DNA of 48,201 nucleotides, filler included, from Jimgerdemannia flammicorona (taxonomy: Eukaryota): assembly GCA_003990765.1 (NCBI GenBank). It is 2 parts of 2 records of this genome, joined end to end, with 100 filler letters (N's around TTAATTAATTAA, not from the genome) between each part and the next. Parts side by side here need not be neighbours in the genome. Positions count along the whole stretch, not along the records: positions 1 to 24,056 come from RBNJ01001024.1; positions 24,157 to 48,201 come from RBNJ01001025.1. One strand, 5' to 3'. The notes below the pieces were generated by a model, which saw only the letters and a list, made by a program, of their open reading frames with translations, did not search any database and had not been told where the DNA came from. Shown piece after piece: positions 12,400 to 25,278 of this stretch. A program made the position numbers and the translations under genes. Position 1 is the stretch's first letter. Each line of letters starts with the position of its first letter.

Positions 12400-13650
12400 A
12401 CATTAACATTGTTGTGAGCTTTCCCTACTTTGTGAATAATGGTGATTTTGTAATCCTGAAGGATAAGGATCCAGCAGGCTAGGATTTCAGTGGGTTCCTT
12501 GTAGTTGAATAGTCATTTGAGGGCTGCATGGTCTGTAATCAGGGTGAATCTTTTTCTGATGAGATAATACTTGAACAGAGTGATCGCTATGACTGCAAGG
12601 CATTTCAGTTTGGTGCTACCATAGTTCATCTGCTGCTGATTGGTAGCTCAGCTCATATAAGCTATTATATAGTGTTGTTGGTCAGATCCTTCTTGGGCTA
12701 GAACTGCTCCTAGGCTATCTTTGGAAGCATCTGTATATATGATGAATGACATCTGTAGATTGGGACATACAAGAATTAGTACTGTGATCATATGGTTCTT
12801 GAGTTCTTTAAAGGCTATCTTTTGTGATTCTGTCTATTTAAATAGCACTCCTTTCTTGAGAAAGATTCAGATTGAGGCAGCAATTTGGGCAAAGTTCTTG
12901 ATAAACCTTCTGTAGTAGGATACTAGTATCAGAAATGATAATATTTATTTTGGAGTCTTGGGTACTGGTCAATTGTTGATCTTCTTAGTTTTCTTTGGAT
13001 CTGTATGGGTTCTTTCTTTTGAAACTACAAATCCAAGAAATTTGAGTTTCTGTTTCCTAAAGTAGTATTTCTTAGTATTGAGTCTCAGATGGTTCTTGCA
13101 GGTATACTTGAAGAATTCTTCTAGATGGTACAGATGTTCTTCAAAATTTGCTGAATAGATGTTGGAATCATCCATGTATACAATCAGGCAGTGGTAGATC
13201 AAGGGGGCATAGACTGAATTCATCATCCTCTGAAAGGTGGGGGGTGTATTACAAAGTCTAAAGGACATTCAAAGGTATTCAAACAGTTTTCCTAGAGTAA
13301 GAAAGACTGTCTTTTGAATGTCTTTGGGGTCCATGGGGATCTCATGGAATCCTGTAAAAAGGTCTATACTGCTGAAGTATCTGGCATCTTGTAACTAATC
13401 CAAAAGGTCATTGATTCTGGGCAAAAGATAGGTATCCTTTTTAGTAACTAAATTGAGTTTTCTGTAATCTACGCAGAGTCTCTATTCTCCTTTCTTTGGT
13501 ACAATAAGTATAGGGCTGGCCCAAGGGCTAGTTGCGGGTTAGATAACTCCATTGTCCAGGAGTTCTTAAATGTGCTCTTTTTTGAATATCTTTAAGTGAT
13601 GGGGTATTCTGTAGAGTTTCTGCAGAATGGGTGTTATATTTTCTGTATTT
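12400..13650 (-). pseudogene. Reverse transcriptase + RNase H, degenerate
   Basis: SPWASPILIVPK, RLCVDYRKLN, YFSSIDL..GFH, VYMDD, YTDASKDSLGAVLAQ, TDHAAL, HKVGKAHNNV. Confidence 0.92.
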
Positions 13651-14194
13651 ATGCTATAGTGGTATAATGGGTTGTATGGCAGGTTGCTATAATTAGTAGT
13701 GAAGATATCTTGATATTGAAGAGTTCTACTAGTTGTTGCTGCTATTGGAGTATCAATTCTTCTCCAATATTGGTGGAAGGCTTCACTGTCTCCTGGATCA
13801 CAGAGGGGCCTTTCCTTTCTTCTAGGACCTTTTGCTATTTCTCAATAAGTTTAGTTCATAAACTTCTCTATGAGTTTGGCTGAAAAAAGGCACCAGATGT
13901 CCTATGACGATTCCTTTCAGCAAGATGATGGTTTCCCAACTTTAGTTGGTTGCTTGAGAGTGTACTGGATTCATCTTGTTAGGGAATGTATGTCCTTCTA
14001 TGTCCAGGTGTGAGATATCTTCATTGGGTTCAAAGAAAAGGTTTCTGGGGTCAGGTGGTGCAAAGATTTCAAAGGTGATTTGTTCTCCAGATTCCAGAAT
14101 GAGATTCTTGTATAGTTTGACTGGTTGGCAGTATACTTGCTGGGGGACATTTCTCTTGAGGTGATTGACTTGAAGGAGATGTACTTTCTTCTTG

Positions 14195-14604
14195 TCTAAA
14201 CTTCCAAATCCTTTGGCTTGTCTTATTCCTTCAGTCAGTTTGGAGACTTCTTATAGTTGTGGGGTCTTGACCTTCATGAAGACTGCTTGGGCAATCTTCT
14301 GTCCTCTAATGATTTGGTGCTATTCTGCACTGCTGTTGTGTAGGATGACCTTGATTTTACCTATATATTCTGGGTCAATGGTTCCTCCTTCTATAGTTAT
14401 TCCTTGTCTGGCAAGTCCAGACCTTGAGGCCAGTTGGATGTAAGCTCCTTGGGGTGGCTGTATGACTAGTTTGGTTCTGATCATGAATGTTTTTCCAGGC
14501 TTGATAGATTCATCCTCCAGACTGTAAAGATCATATCCTACATCTTCTGGGTGGGCTTTGGTCAGAGGTTTGGCCTTGAGATGTAGCAGAGCATACTGGG
14601 CAAC
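14195..14604 (-). pseudogene. Retrotransposon-borne dUTPase (two in-frame stops)
   Basis: Manual translation shows all five dUTPase motifs: VGYDL, RSGLA, GGTIDPEYIG, QKIAQ, RQAKGFGS. Confidence 0.92.
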
Positions 14605-15899
14605 ATCCTTACTGAGTTCAGGCTATCCTTGGGTTGAGGCTCTACTAGCAGAGAGCCTCCAGACTCTGAGGTTGAGGTGTGGCCATCTAGCTCCAGTAGA
14701 GGGATCTTGGAGATAGTTGATTCCTCTTCTTTCTGTAGGGTCTAGGGCTTCCATGAAGTTGGTGGCATCTACCCATCTCTGGCAGGTTGCATGTCTGATG
14801 AGAGCTAAGATGTCTTCTCCTAATAAGGATCCTTCTTCCTGGCTTCTTGGTCTGGCTTTTTCAGACCTGGCCTCTATTATCTTCTCTCTTCAAGGTGTGG
14901 ATTGCAACATCATGACTGAGGTGAATCTTCTGATGTCTGCAGTCTTGGCAGTCTGAGTGTCTTCTATAGTTACAATATCCCATTGCTCAGAAATGATATT
15001 CTCAGTTGTTGATTTCTTGTTGTCTTGGGAATCAATACCCATCTTAGTTATAGGTTGTGGGATAAGTAGACAAGGAGTATACTTCTGTTCAGGTGAAGAG
15101 ACCTTGTCCTCTGAATTGACTTTGCAACCTGATGATAACTTCTTGAAAAGTAGTTGATTATATAACTGTGGTTGAGAGATCTGGTCTTTGGGGTCTCTGT
15201 CTCTCTTACTGGTCAAGTAGATGACACTGGTAACAGTAGTTTCAAGAAGAGTGGAAGACCATTTGGTTTGGGCATCTCCCTAGCCAAAATGTCCTCTCTT
15301 GGTGAGTTTCTTTCTTGGGAATAATGGGGATTATGCTGGGTCCTTCTTCCATATTCCAAGGGTCATTATCTTCAAGTGGTATCCAGTGAGAATTATCTCA
15401 GAGAATGAGTTCAGGGACCTCTTCTTCTTCAGATTCTTCTTGTTCAGGAACTTCTTGGTCAGAAGCTTCTTCTTCCTCAGATAATTCTTGTCCCCAAATT
15501 GCTTGCACTTCTGCAGCTTTGGCTGCAGGTGTTACAGGAATATGTCTGCAATTATTCTTCCTTCTGCACTCAGGGCAGGCTGTACCAGGCGAATTCCTTG
15601 TCCCAATGATCTTGGAGGAGTGCTCAGGGCACTTGTGTCTTTTGAGGCAGATGGGGCATTCTTTGATTTCTCCTGCAATGGCTCTAATGGTGATAGAGAT
15701 AGTGTTCTTGGCCCATATATTGTCCTCTGGCCTGTCATCCACTAGGTTGATTTTGGGGATTGAGTCTGGGATCGTTTCCATCTTTGGATTCTTTCTCCCC
15801 TTCTGTGGTAGATTCTTTACTTCTAGCATATTCCTCTTAGATGGTGACCTTCTTCTTCTTTTTTGATTGCTCATAGTTGGTTACCTTAACTCTATACTT

Positions 15900-16230
15900 T
15901 TTGCCTTAGTAGTCAAACTTGAGGCTTTATTGACTAATATCAACAACTGCATTCATTTCCTTCATCCAGTTGGTACCAAGAATCATGTCTTAGGTAACAG
16001 CTTTAGTGATAATAGCTTTCAGGATGAAGAACTGAATGTGTCCAAGAGAGATAGTGATGTTTTGTACTTCTCCAAGGGGTTGAGTTTGGGCTCCATCTGC
16101 TACTGTGATGCTAAGGTTGGATGGTCCATCAATGGGCCATTGGAGGGTATCCAGAAACTGTTTGGCAATAATACAGACAGCTGCTCCTGTGTCTATGGGG
16201 ATTTTTGCCTGTTGTTCTCCAATATCTCCA
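15900..16230 (-). pseudogene. Retropepsin aspartic protease, degenerate
   Basis: IDTGAAVCII catalytic motif at ~16165-16195 and downstream MILGTNWM. Confidence 0.8.
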
Positions 16231-16399
16231 TGTAGATAGGTGCTGACATATCTCTCTGCAGCTTGGATAGGAATGGAAGCTGGCTCTTATTGTGTGATAG
16301 GAACTTGGCCAGTACTAGACCTGGTAGTTCTTAGCAATTTGGTCTGGACTCTAGCTGGTGTCAGTTGCAGAAACTGCAGAAGGAGAACCTTCATCTTAA

Positions 16400-18250
16400 C
16401 TTATTAGATCTTCTGCCAGGCTTCATTGTAGATGTCTCTAGGCATGGTCTTTGGGGTGTACTTCTTCTTAGGCTTTGGGACAGCAGGCTCTCATTCTTCT
16501 TGTTCCATTTCCTCATATTCTGGTAACAGCTCATTTATCTTAGGGACAAAAGGTAAGGGGGTCCAGGGAGGTGTTTCTATCTACTCTTTCTCATGTTCTT
16601 CATCTTCTTCTTGGATGATTCTTCTGCTGATATTCCTGGATAGTCTTCCTATAGGTCCCTTCCTCTTCTCTGCTGGATAGACTGTTTTTTGAGTGATAAC
16701 CTTGATAGAGTATAAGTCCAGATCACTGCAGTCTTCACTGTTGCTTGCTTCTTCGAAATCTTCAACAGGATGGGCTTCAGTCTTTTTGTACTGAGTATCA
16801 TTCCTTCAGTTTGATGGTTCTGAGTCCCTTCAGTCACTTCTTTTGTTATTACATTCAGTGGCATAGTATCTGAATTGTCCACAGTAGAAGTATTGGACTT
16901 GGGCTCTATCTTGGACAGAGTATCTTCCTTCTTCTTGCTGGTAGTTCCTGTTATCTCTTGGGGGGTAGCCTTGGCTTCTTTGTGGAGGGTATCCTCTGTT
17001 GTCTTGATAACCCTAATTTTCACATATGGTAAGTTTTTTGATCTGTTCAACCAATCAGTCCAACTTGGACCTGAGGTCTTGGATTTTACTTCTATCCTTC
17101 TTTCCTTCTTTGGCTGGCTTTCTTTCTTTGGATCTTTCTTATCCTTGAAGGAGTCCTTGTAGGGCTTTGATCAGGATATCTTCCTTATCTTCTTTCTTAT
17201 CATGATCACTCCAGATAGTTCCTTGTCTGATATTAAAGAAATCTTGGGCTGCATCTACTTGCTCTTTGGACCTTCTGATGTCTAGGGTGCAGATATACTG
17301 AGCAATATTCAGAGGAACCCCATTCATGAAGGTCATTAGACCTATAATGTCCTGATTGGTAGCATTGAACCCAGCAGCATGCATTCTTTTCTGGATTCTT
17401 GTGAAGAAGGCTCTGGGTGATTCTCCAAGATTCATCTTTATCCCCATGATGGATTCTTGAGCCTTATAGCAGGTTTTGTTTCCTGCATATTTTTTGATGA
17501 GCCAGTGGACCATGACTACATATTCTAGCTCATAAGATGCTGCTGCTTGAATCTGTCTTGCCAGTTCTGAATGTGGATTATTTGTTGTTTGGTGGAAAAT
17601 TCCTCTGGCTGATTCTCTGAGCTGGGCCTTGTAGATGGCAATTTTTCTTTTATATGAGAGATTTCTCAGGGCTGCAATTCCTTCAATTCTATCAAGGAAT
17701 TCTCTGGAGTCTTCCTCTGGATATCCTGCAAAAGTTGGCCATGAGGTGGCCATTTCATCATCACTTTCTTCTGATTCTGGTTCTGGTCTAGATTTTTATT
17801 GGGATTCTGACTCTGATTCGCTTTCTGAACTGTCACTGGAGATAGGAGTGCTTGAGTATCTTGAGGATGATGTTCTGGACCTTGGATGAAGTGGAATGAG
17901 CCTAGGCATTCTTGTAGGAGCTGCTTCTGATTCTGCAAGAGCTGGTGGTAAAGATTCAATGGGTGAGATTGGTGGAACTAGTATGGGGTGTCTGGCTGTA
18001 AGATCCTGGACTTGTGTAATGAGATCTTCTAGTTCTTGTACAAGTTCTTCAAGATCTCCAACAGGACTGTCTATGTTGTCTGGTTGTTCTAGTTGAGGAT
18101 CTTGGGCTATACTGGTTTCTGGTTGGGATCCTTCTGATACTGGGTAATTGGCAAGTCTTAAAGTGGTTACTTCTCTTTCTGTTCAGATGCTGGTGGTAAC
18201 TGGTTCTCCTGTAGTAGCAGAGATTGGTGTTGTATCAAATGTATCCAGTT
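16400..18250 (-). pseudogene. gag-like region; boundaries approximate
   Basis: ORF 17139-17753 WPTFAGYPEEDSREFLDRIE...MGIKMNLGESPRAFFTRI...FMNGVP resembles a retrotransposon capsid. Lies between PBS and protease. Confidence 0.75.
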
Positions 18251-18297
18251 TGACTGTGGGTTCTTGTGAGCTGAAAGTTATATCAATTTTGAAATCT

Positions 18298-18314
18298 TCT
18301 CAGTTGAGCCCCCA
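18298..18314 (-). promoter_or_regulatory. Primer-binding site, tRNA-Pro type
   Basis: TGGGGGCTCAACTGAGA lies 2 nt inside the 5' LTR end and resembles the canonical Pro PBS TGGGGGCTCGTCCGGGA, mostly with transition changes. Confidence 0.75.
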
Positions 18315-18316
18315 AA

Positions 18317-19641
18317 TGTAATATGCCTGGCTCAATGGAGGCAAATTACAAGGTTGAAGGTTGATGTAGTTTGGCTTGAGCCCCCAGTTACTTTGTCAAA
18401 AGCAATAAAATATTCTAAGATTCTTGAGGTCTTTGGTGTTTAGTGATATAATAGTCAAGTTTTGGATACAATGGTCAATTTTGTCAGACTTCTTTATTGG
18501 GATGGTTCTCTGGGTATAGTGACAATTTGTGAATGAGTTTCCTTCTTGAGTCAACTGGGAATTGGTAGAATTTTGTGTGTAGCACGATGATCTCCATGTG
18601 TGATGGTCTGGCAATTTAGCAGTTCTCCTTCTTGAGTGGCGGGTGATCTCTGTGTAGCGCGACGATCTCTGTGTAGCGTGACAATCTTTAAATGTATGTG
18701 ATTTCTGCGTGATGATCTTGTGAACAGATTTCCATATGCGATTTGGCGGACAACTCAATTTGGTGTCAATTCTCCTGAAGCGGACTCACTGGGAATAGAG
18801 GATGATGCAGATTCTTCTTACTGGGAATTATACTGGTGGCAGATTCACAGGGAATAGATAGGTAACTCGGATGATGCAGATAATTTGGGTAACTTGGATA
18901 ACTCAGATGTCATGGATTCTTCCTGAATCGGTAGGCTTCTAGAAATAATAATGCAGATGGTGCAGATTCTTCAGGATTGGGCTCACTGGGAACAAATAAC
19001 TCGGGTTCTTGGTAAGTTACATCAAAGACTGGCTTCGTTTGCATGGGGCTATGTCATAGACTGGCTCTACTGTGAAGTTGCATCAGATAGACTGACTTGT
19101 GGCAAGAATAGCAGGCACTCTGGGAATGTGGGTTCCTCTTCAGGCTTATCTGACTGGCTTTGTATCAGAAGTGGACTAGAGTGGGAAAGGGGCAAAGTTC
19201 ACAATCTCCTAGTAGTGGCTGTAGAGCAGGTATTTCTCCTAAGTATTGTAATCCTTCCTGGATTAAGTGGCTTTTGGCAGGCATATCTCTCAAAGTATAG
19301 TAGGCAGACTTTTCTTTTGCTTTGTGTTTCAGAACTGATGTTTATTCACTCTTGTCTCTGGGGTATTTTATATATTGTGGTCACTATCTGGTTGCTATGT
19401 GGCTAACTATAGATTTGCTACTTATGGTAAGTTGTACAGGTCTAGCACAAGTATACAGGTCTAGTACAGGTGTGCAGGTCCTGCATAGCTATATATTATC
19501 TGGTAGTCTGGCTATTTATACAGTTTTCTGCAGCAATAGTTGCTTTGTCTGATTACTATATTATGTCATCTGACTAAGTTACTAATTGTTCACATCATCT
19601 GGCTAAGTTATAATTCAGATAGTATGTTTTGATTTGTTACA
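18317..19641 (-). repeat. 5' LTR
   Basis: Reads TGTAAT...GTTACA on +. Homologous to 9511-10767 with small indels and many transitions. Confidence 0.93.
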
Positions 19642-19751
19642 ATATAACAGATCTTGTAACTTGGCAAAAATATCCAACAAATTATTCTGCAATTCTGATT
19701 TACAATTTTCAACTAGATATATTAGAGAATAATAGCAAAGTATTTTGAAAT

Positions 19752-20939
19752 TTTTATTTTTTTTTTTTTTTTAATAGACTCTAAGTCCCACAGATTTTTA
19801 TTGGAAGAGAACCTAGACTATATAGGCCAAAACCCTCCCCCACCACCCATCAAGCACTGCCCTCTTATTAACCTAGGCTAGCTATTGTCCAGTAGCTTGA
19901 CTATGCCAGATATAGTAGGGCCTATATTGGCCTATACCTCATTTTGTACACTATACTCTCCCTACTACCAGAGAGACCTTAGCCATATGCTAATGAGCAA
20001 AAGCACATGCCCAAAACCCCAATATATGTACAAGGTCATAGCTAAGCTAAATAGGATAGCCTCTGTCACTCAAAAAAGAATGATAGGCAGAGAAAAAATC
20101 CTCTTCAAAGTACAATACAGTGGATAGGACCAGGTTCTCTCAGATGAGATGAGTAGAGAACTTATATGTGAGGTGAGAGGAGACCCCCAATACTCCACTA
20201 CTCAAGCTTGTGGGCCTCAATCATGTTGCTGTGTCAGCTCCCAGTTCTGGTTGAGTATAGTTCAGATGCCTAAAATGGGTAGCCTCGGACCCTCTGACCC
20301 CCTCCAACAACTGGGGCCCAACCTGCCAAATCACCAAAAGAAGCTGAGAGTGACACCTACCACCTAGCCATACTGCACTAATCAAAAGGCTCCACCAAAG
20401 CAGCATCTGCCTCAGCCCTGATGGCTGACCCCAGCCTGGTACTCTACTGGTTTACCATTATTGCTCTTCCTCCTATCTGTGATAGCCATCTCCTCTCCCA
20501 TTCTGACAACACCTGAAAAACAGTCACCTACACCAGAACTGTACTCGCCAGGAAGCTTGCCAATACCAGAGGGCTCCACTACAGATACTGAGGACCTGTA
20601 GATAACCTACACTGGGCACTTGATGCCCAAGATCAGCTGACTCCCTATGTAACCTATGATATACCAAGATGACTCCTTGTTGGTAATGACAAAAGGAAGA
20701 AGGTGCTGCACCAAAATGAGTATACTTCAGATACAGCTGAAGGTACCAGAAACTGTGAAAAAGTTGAGAAGACACTGATCTGATATCTATAAAAGGACAA
20801 CTCATCACCATTGCCCTCCTCTCACTATATCCTTATAGGTATAGTAAACCAACCCAAGGTAGAGGGGGTAACAATAGGGGAAAAGGGACTTGGAAGGTTG
20901 CCTACCAAATCTTGTGATCAGTAAGGTAGTGGAGAAAGA
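19752..20939 (-). mobile_element. ~1.17-kb non-autonomous poly(A) retroposon, copy 1
   Basis: Poly(T) on +, AATAAA near the tail, imperfect TSD GC(A/C)AAGTATTTT(G/A)AAAT. Inserted in hAT relic A. Confidence 0.85.
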
Positions 20940-20940
20940 A

Positions 20941-23007
20941 GCCAAGTATTTTAAAATCATACAGCAGAACTAGAAGAAACTAGAGAGCTAAATACTCTCA
21001 TTCAACAGACACTAACAGTAGCTATTGATAAGTTGAAGAAATACTATTCAATGATAGATTATCTGATTTATTATATTGGTACTAATAAGTAAATATTTCA
21101 AAATTTGCTTATTGTTAAAGACTATTTCGAATTTTGAACTATGAATCCATTTCAAAATTTATTTTATTTTTTGAATAAAAACCAGTTCTTTATCTCAGAC
21201 TTAAACTATAATATTATTCAAACTACAATTAGGAAACCATTTGGATCAAAGTGGCCAAAATAACTGTTTGTACAATCTATAATAAAAACTATGCCCCTTC
21301 ATCAGTTTATTATATAAGTTCCAAAGATTATACTAAAATAGGAGATTACATTGATATCAATGACATTGCTGAGCTATCTGAATATATATTAAACAACAAA
21401 AGACAAAAACTGATGATAAATCCTGAGGAAAAGTTAGATAATTATTTGAAAAGTAAAACTGTTAAATTTTAACTAAGAGTTGATACATTGTCTTAGTGGA
21501 AGTTGAGTTGGTCTAATTCAATATATTATAGGTTTAATTCAAAATATTTATTATTAATTTGATTTAATTCATTGAGAACATTAGGGCTATAGCAGAGATT
21601 ACCCAAATATAGCAAAAATAACATATTACTATTTGGCTATCTCAGTAACAAGTGCACCTATAGAGAGAGTTTTTTCAAGAGATAAAGATCTCATAGTATC
21701 TAAAAGAGATACTTTAGACTCTGAAACAATTTATAAATATATGTGTTTATGTAAAGGTGTGGCAATAAGCTAGCTGATCTCAAAATATTAAAATATAGTT
21801 GAAATATCTCAAAATATAATTTAATCTCAAAATATTATAAAAATATATCCATATATTATAATATTTAAATATATGTAATTTCTAATATACATACTATCAT
21901 ATTTGAAGCTCTTGGGGCTAGCTCATTAATTATGTTACCATGGCTCTCAGTGCTATCTTTTGGCTTACTTATACTCTTAGTACTATCTCAGAGCTTGCTC
22001 ATTACTTATATCATTATGGCTCTCAGCTATATTCAAAGCTCTAATTGCATCATTATGACTTATGAAGCTCTTGGGGTTTGCTTGTTGGCCTGGTATTAAA
22101 AATATATAAATAAGCTTTCTAAGCTACTATCTTTAATAAAAAAATAAAATAATAAAAAAACTTAATAAAAACAAAAAAAAAAAATGCATATTCAAGCTTA
22201 TCTCAACTTTCTCTTAAATAATTTTGAAGATATGAACCATACAATTGACAAGATATCTATTTGAGTGATAATTGATAGAATTGATACTACTTAAGATAAA
22301 TATAAAAAGAAAAAGATAATGATTTAAGGCAATTGAGCAATTTATCTTAGCTATTATCTGAACTCTCCCAGCTGTCTCAGTTACTCCTTTAGCCCCAGTT
22401 ATTGCCCCAGCTCTGGCCATCACCCTAGTCCTCCCAGCTCCAGTTGTCCCAGTCATCCCAAAGCAAAGAGACCATCTCTGGACTAGTTGTAATAATTGCA
22501 GATAATATGGGAAGACTTGTGGTATCTTCTCTATAATTTGCCAGAAGTTGAACTCATTGACTTCTGATCTATCTTTGAGAAAAAGGTCTTATGACAATTC
22601 CATTCAGTTGGCTGTTACTGTAGCCAGACATACTACTAAGTACTGAGTATTAGATGAGTAAAATGTATCAGATAAGTATCACAAGTACTGAATATATTGT
22701 ATTGCTGTATATTTGAATAATAAATAAAAGATTAATATATATCAAGCCACCAACTTTAAATTTTAATAATTCATAAATCTAATTTTTTTTTGAAATTCAA
22801 AAACATATCCAAATTTAATAACCTTGGTTGTTCTGGATTTGCCTTATCAAGGTAAATCCAATATACTAACATTCATTAAATTTGGATATATTTTTATTGA
22901 GGTATTATATTTCAAATTTTGAATTAAATTAGACCTCAATTTGATTTGATTCAAATTACTCTCAATTTGATTTAATTTGAATTAATTTGATTTATTTGGG
23001 AGCATTA
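20941..23007 (+). mobile_element. hAT relic A, 3' part (dimerisation domain) and probable right end
   Basis: AIDKLKKYYS, ILS*WK, YPNIAK..YLAISVTSAPIERVFS. TTGATT-type subterminal repeats end in GGAGCATTA (23007), similar to the MITE terminus TAGTGCTCC. A short middle segment lies at 19642-19750. Confidence 0.7.
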
Positions 23008-23159
23008 ATAGTAACTCAATTTATTAGTACATAACTTATTCTATTCTATCAGTTTGTATCATTCATCAGTAATATATGAAATATATAATCTATACAATAT
23101 TAATAAAAATACCTCTCTTTTTACAATAAGATTTCTACTGTTTCTGATATCAAGCAAAT

Positions 23160-24056
23160 TTTGAAATAGATTTATGCTGTCTCTGATATCAAGTAAATTT
23201 CAAAATATTTACTTACCAGTATCAATATAATAAATTGGAGTATTTGTAATTGAATAATATGTCTTCAACTTGATGATAGCTGCAGTTAATACCAAATGAA
23301 TAATATTTAGCTCTTCTGTATGTTTTTGAATTTCTTGATTATTATTCTCCAATATATCTATTAGAAAGTTATAAATAGAAATAGTAGAATAAATTATTGA
23401 ATATTTATAATAAGCTATAAGATCTGTTACTTGTTTAAAGTACTTTAGTATACTAATAATATCTTTTAACATCTACCAAGTATTGTCTTCTAAGTATATT
23501 TTCACAAATCTTTATCAGCTATAATTATTGAGATTAAAGACTATTAATAAATTAATTTATTAGATATTTAAAGAAAAAACTAAAAAATAAAAAAATTAAA
23601 TATAATAGAATCAGCTTATCTCTGATAATTTGAAGGCCTGTATAACTATCAAATATATTGAATTCCATTGAGTTTTAATGTCCAAAATAAGTTCTTTAGA
23701 TTGCAGACTCTAAAAGCTTTATATTATATAGTAAATTTCTCTCAATATTATAGTAATGACCAGATCTTGATATTAATTAATTAGAGCTTTGAAATTATTT
23801 CTCCAGAACCATCTTCACTCACATCATCATTAGCTTTTAAATGACTAAAAAGTCCTGTAATGATATGAGCCAAGCAGCATATATGTTATATTGGCTAATA
23901 GTTAAGACTAGTATGATTGAACTCTATCCTAATTATTTAAAAAACATAGTATTATTGGATATATTATCTATTGTTATAGCTAATATTGAGAGTAAAAAAT
24001 CAATAATTCAAATATAGGATAACTTTTTTTTTTTTTTGGAAAATCTAATCTTTTTA
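23160..24056 (-). pseudogene. hAT transposase relic B, truncated by the gap
   Basis: ILAITIDNISNN, ICCLAHII, LILDIKTQWNS and ORF 23209-23472 (AIIKLKTYYS). Homologous to relic A. Confidence 0.7.
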
Positions 24057-24156
24057 NNNNNNNNNNNNNNNNNNNNNNNNNNNNNNNNNNNNNNNNNNNN
24101 TTAATTAATTAANNNNNNNNNNNNNNNNNNNNNNNNNNNNNNNNNNNNNNNNNNNN
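24057..24156. other. Assembly gap with artificial TTAATTAATTAA linker
   Basis: 44 N + TTAATTAATTAA (stops in all six frames) + 44 N = 100 nt. Confidence 0.95.
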
Positions 24157-24886
24157 AAAAAAAAAAAAAAAACTACGAAAGATCTTGTTAAGGCAAAGCT
24201 CGAACAAGCACTAGTGGTACTAATAACCAATTTGTCATCTGTACTCAGATCTGAGACTATTTATCGAACCAAAGAGCTTCGAATCCGACCGCCACAATAT
24301 TCCTTTGTTACATTTGGATTATCTGAATTGCCTGAAGTCTCTGGATCGTTTTTTATTCACGAGTATTTATGCAACTGAAATAATTGGTGATGCAGGTTAA
24401 GCAATTGATATATAGAACCGTGTTTATTTATTTATTTATTTATTTATTACAATGGTTGTTAAGATAAAATAAATGGTAATTTTCGTTTATTATTTGGCTT
24501 TCTTTCCAATACCTTTTTCATGTATTATATATCATGAGAGATATATTTTGATATTTTAAAGTATTTGTTTTCTTTATTAAATTTATTTTTAAGCAGCAAT
24601 CTTTTATAGTATATATTTTAAAAATAATATTATAATTATTATTTTTTTAAAATCTTATTGCTTTATTTATACAATGTTAAAGTAAATAATTAAATATAAT
24701 TTAAATCGGATTTATAAAAGATTATAAGATTTAAATTAAATTAAATTAAATTTGATAAATATATTAATTTGTTGATTTTAAATAATTTATATTATTTTAA
24801 TTTATTTAATTAATAAAATATATCAGAGTAAAAATATAAATATCTAACTTATTGATATTTTTAAATAATATTTATTAATTAATAAC

Positions 24887-25278
24887 TAGAGTTCCGAACC
24901 AGTTTGCAACCCGCGTCCGAATTTTATGAAATTTTACACAGCATTGTGCCTATACATATTTAATGTATATACTAAAATTCAAGATTATTGAACATAGGTC
25001 AGACAGGTTGGGTTGTCTTTATTCTGAAAAAGTATTATAACTTTTTAGAGAATAAAGACCTGACCAAATCTGTCTGATCTATATTTAACAATCTTCTATC
25101 TTTCTACAAAAACATGTCCAAATTTAATGAAATTTGGCATACATATTAAATACATATGTACCAGTGAAAAGCTGTGTGAATTTTCATAAATTCAGAAATA
25201 GATTGATGGAGAAATTGGGTCGGGTCTGGACGCGGGTCCTAACGGTTCAGCTTGGGTCAGCTTTTTTGCGGAGCTCTG
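24887..25278. mobile_element. hAT-type MITE (second family)
   Basis: Termini TAGAGTTCCG / CGGAGCTCTG, internal inverted repeats, perfect 8-bp TSD TTAATAAC (24879-24886 / 25279-25286). Confidence 0.85.

Larger units (their letters stand above)
9511..19641 (-). mobile_element. Ty3/gypsy LTR retrotransposon (~10.1 kb), order gag-PR-(extra domain)-dUTPase-RT-RH-INT, degenerate
   Basis: Paired TGT...ACA LTRs, 4-bp TSD ATAT (9507-9510 / 19642-19645), PBS, and Ty3/gypsy domain order. Confidence 0.95.

Noticed and set aside
20524..20811. Conserved small protein in the 1.17-kb retroposon (also 37078-37341)
   Set aside because: Similarity follows from DNA homology; ORF ends differ and the frame is broken in other copies.
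21890..22480. Short degenerate repeats (GAAGCTCTTGGGG; CCCCAGCTC) and ORF 22214-22456
   Set aside because: Low-complexity internal sequence of the hAT relic; no supportable product.
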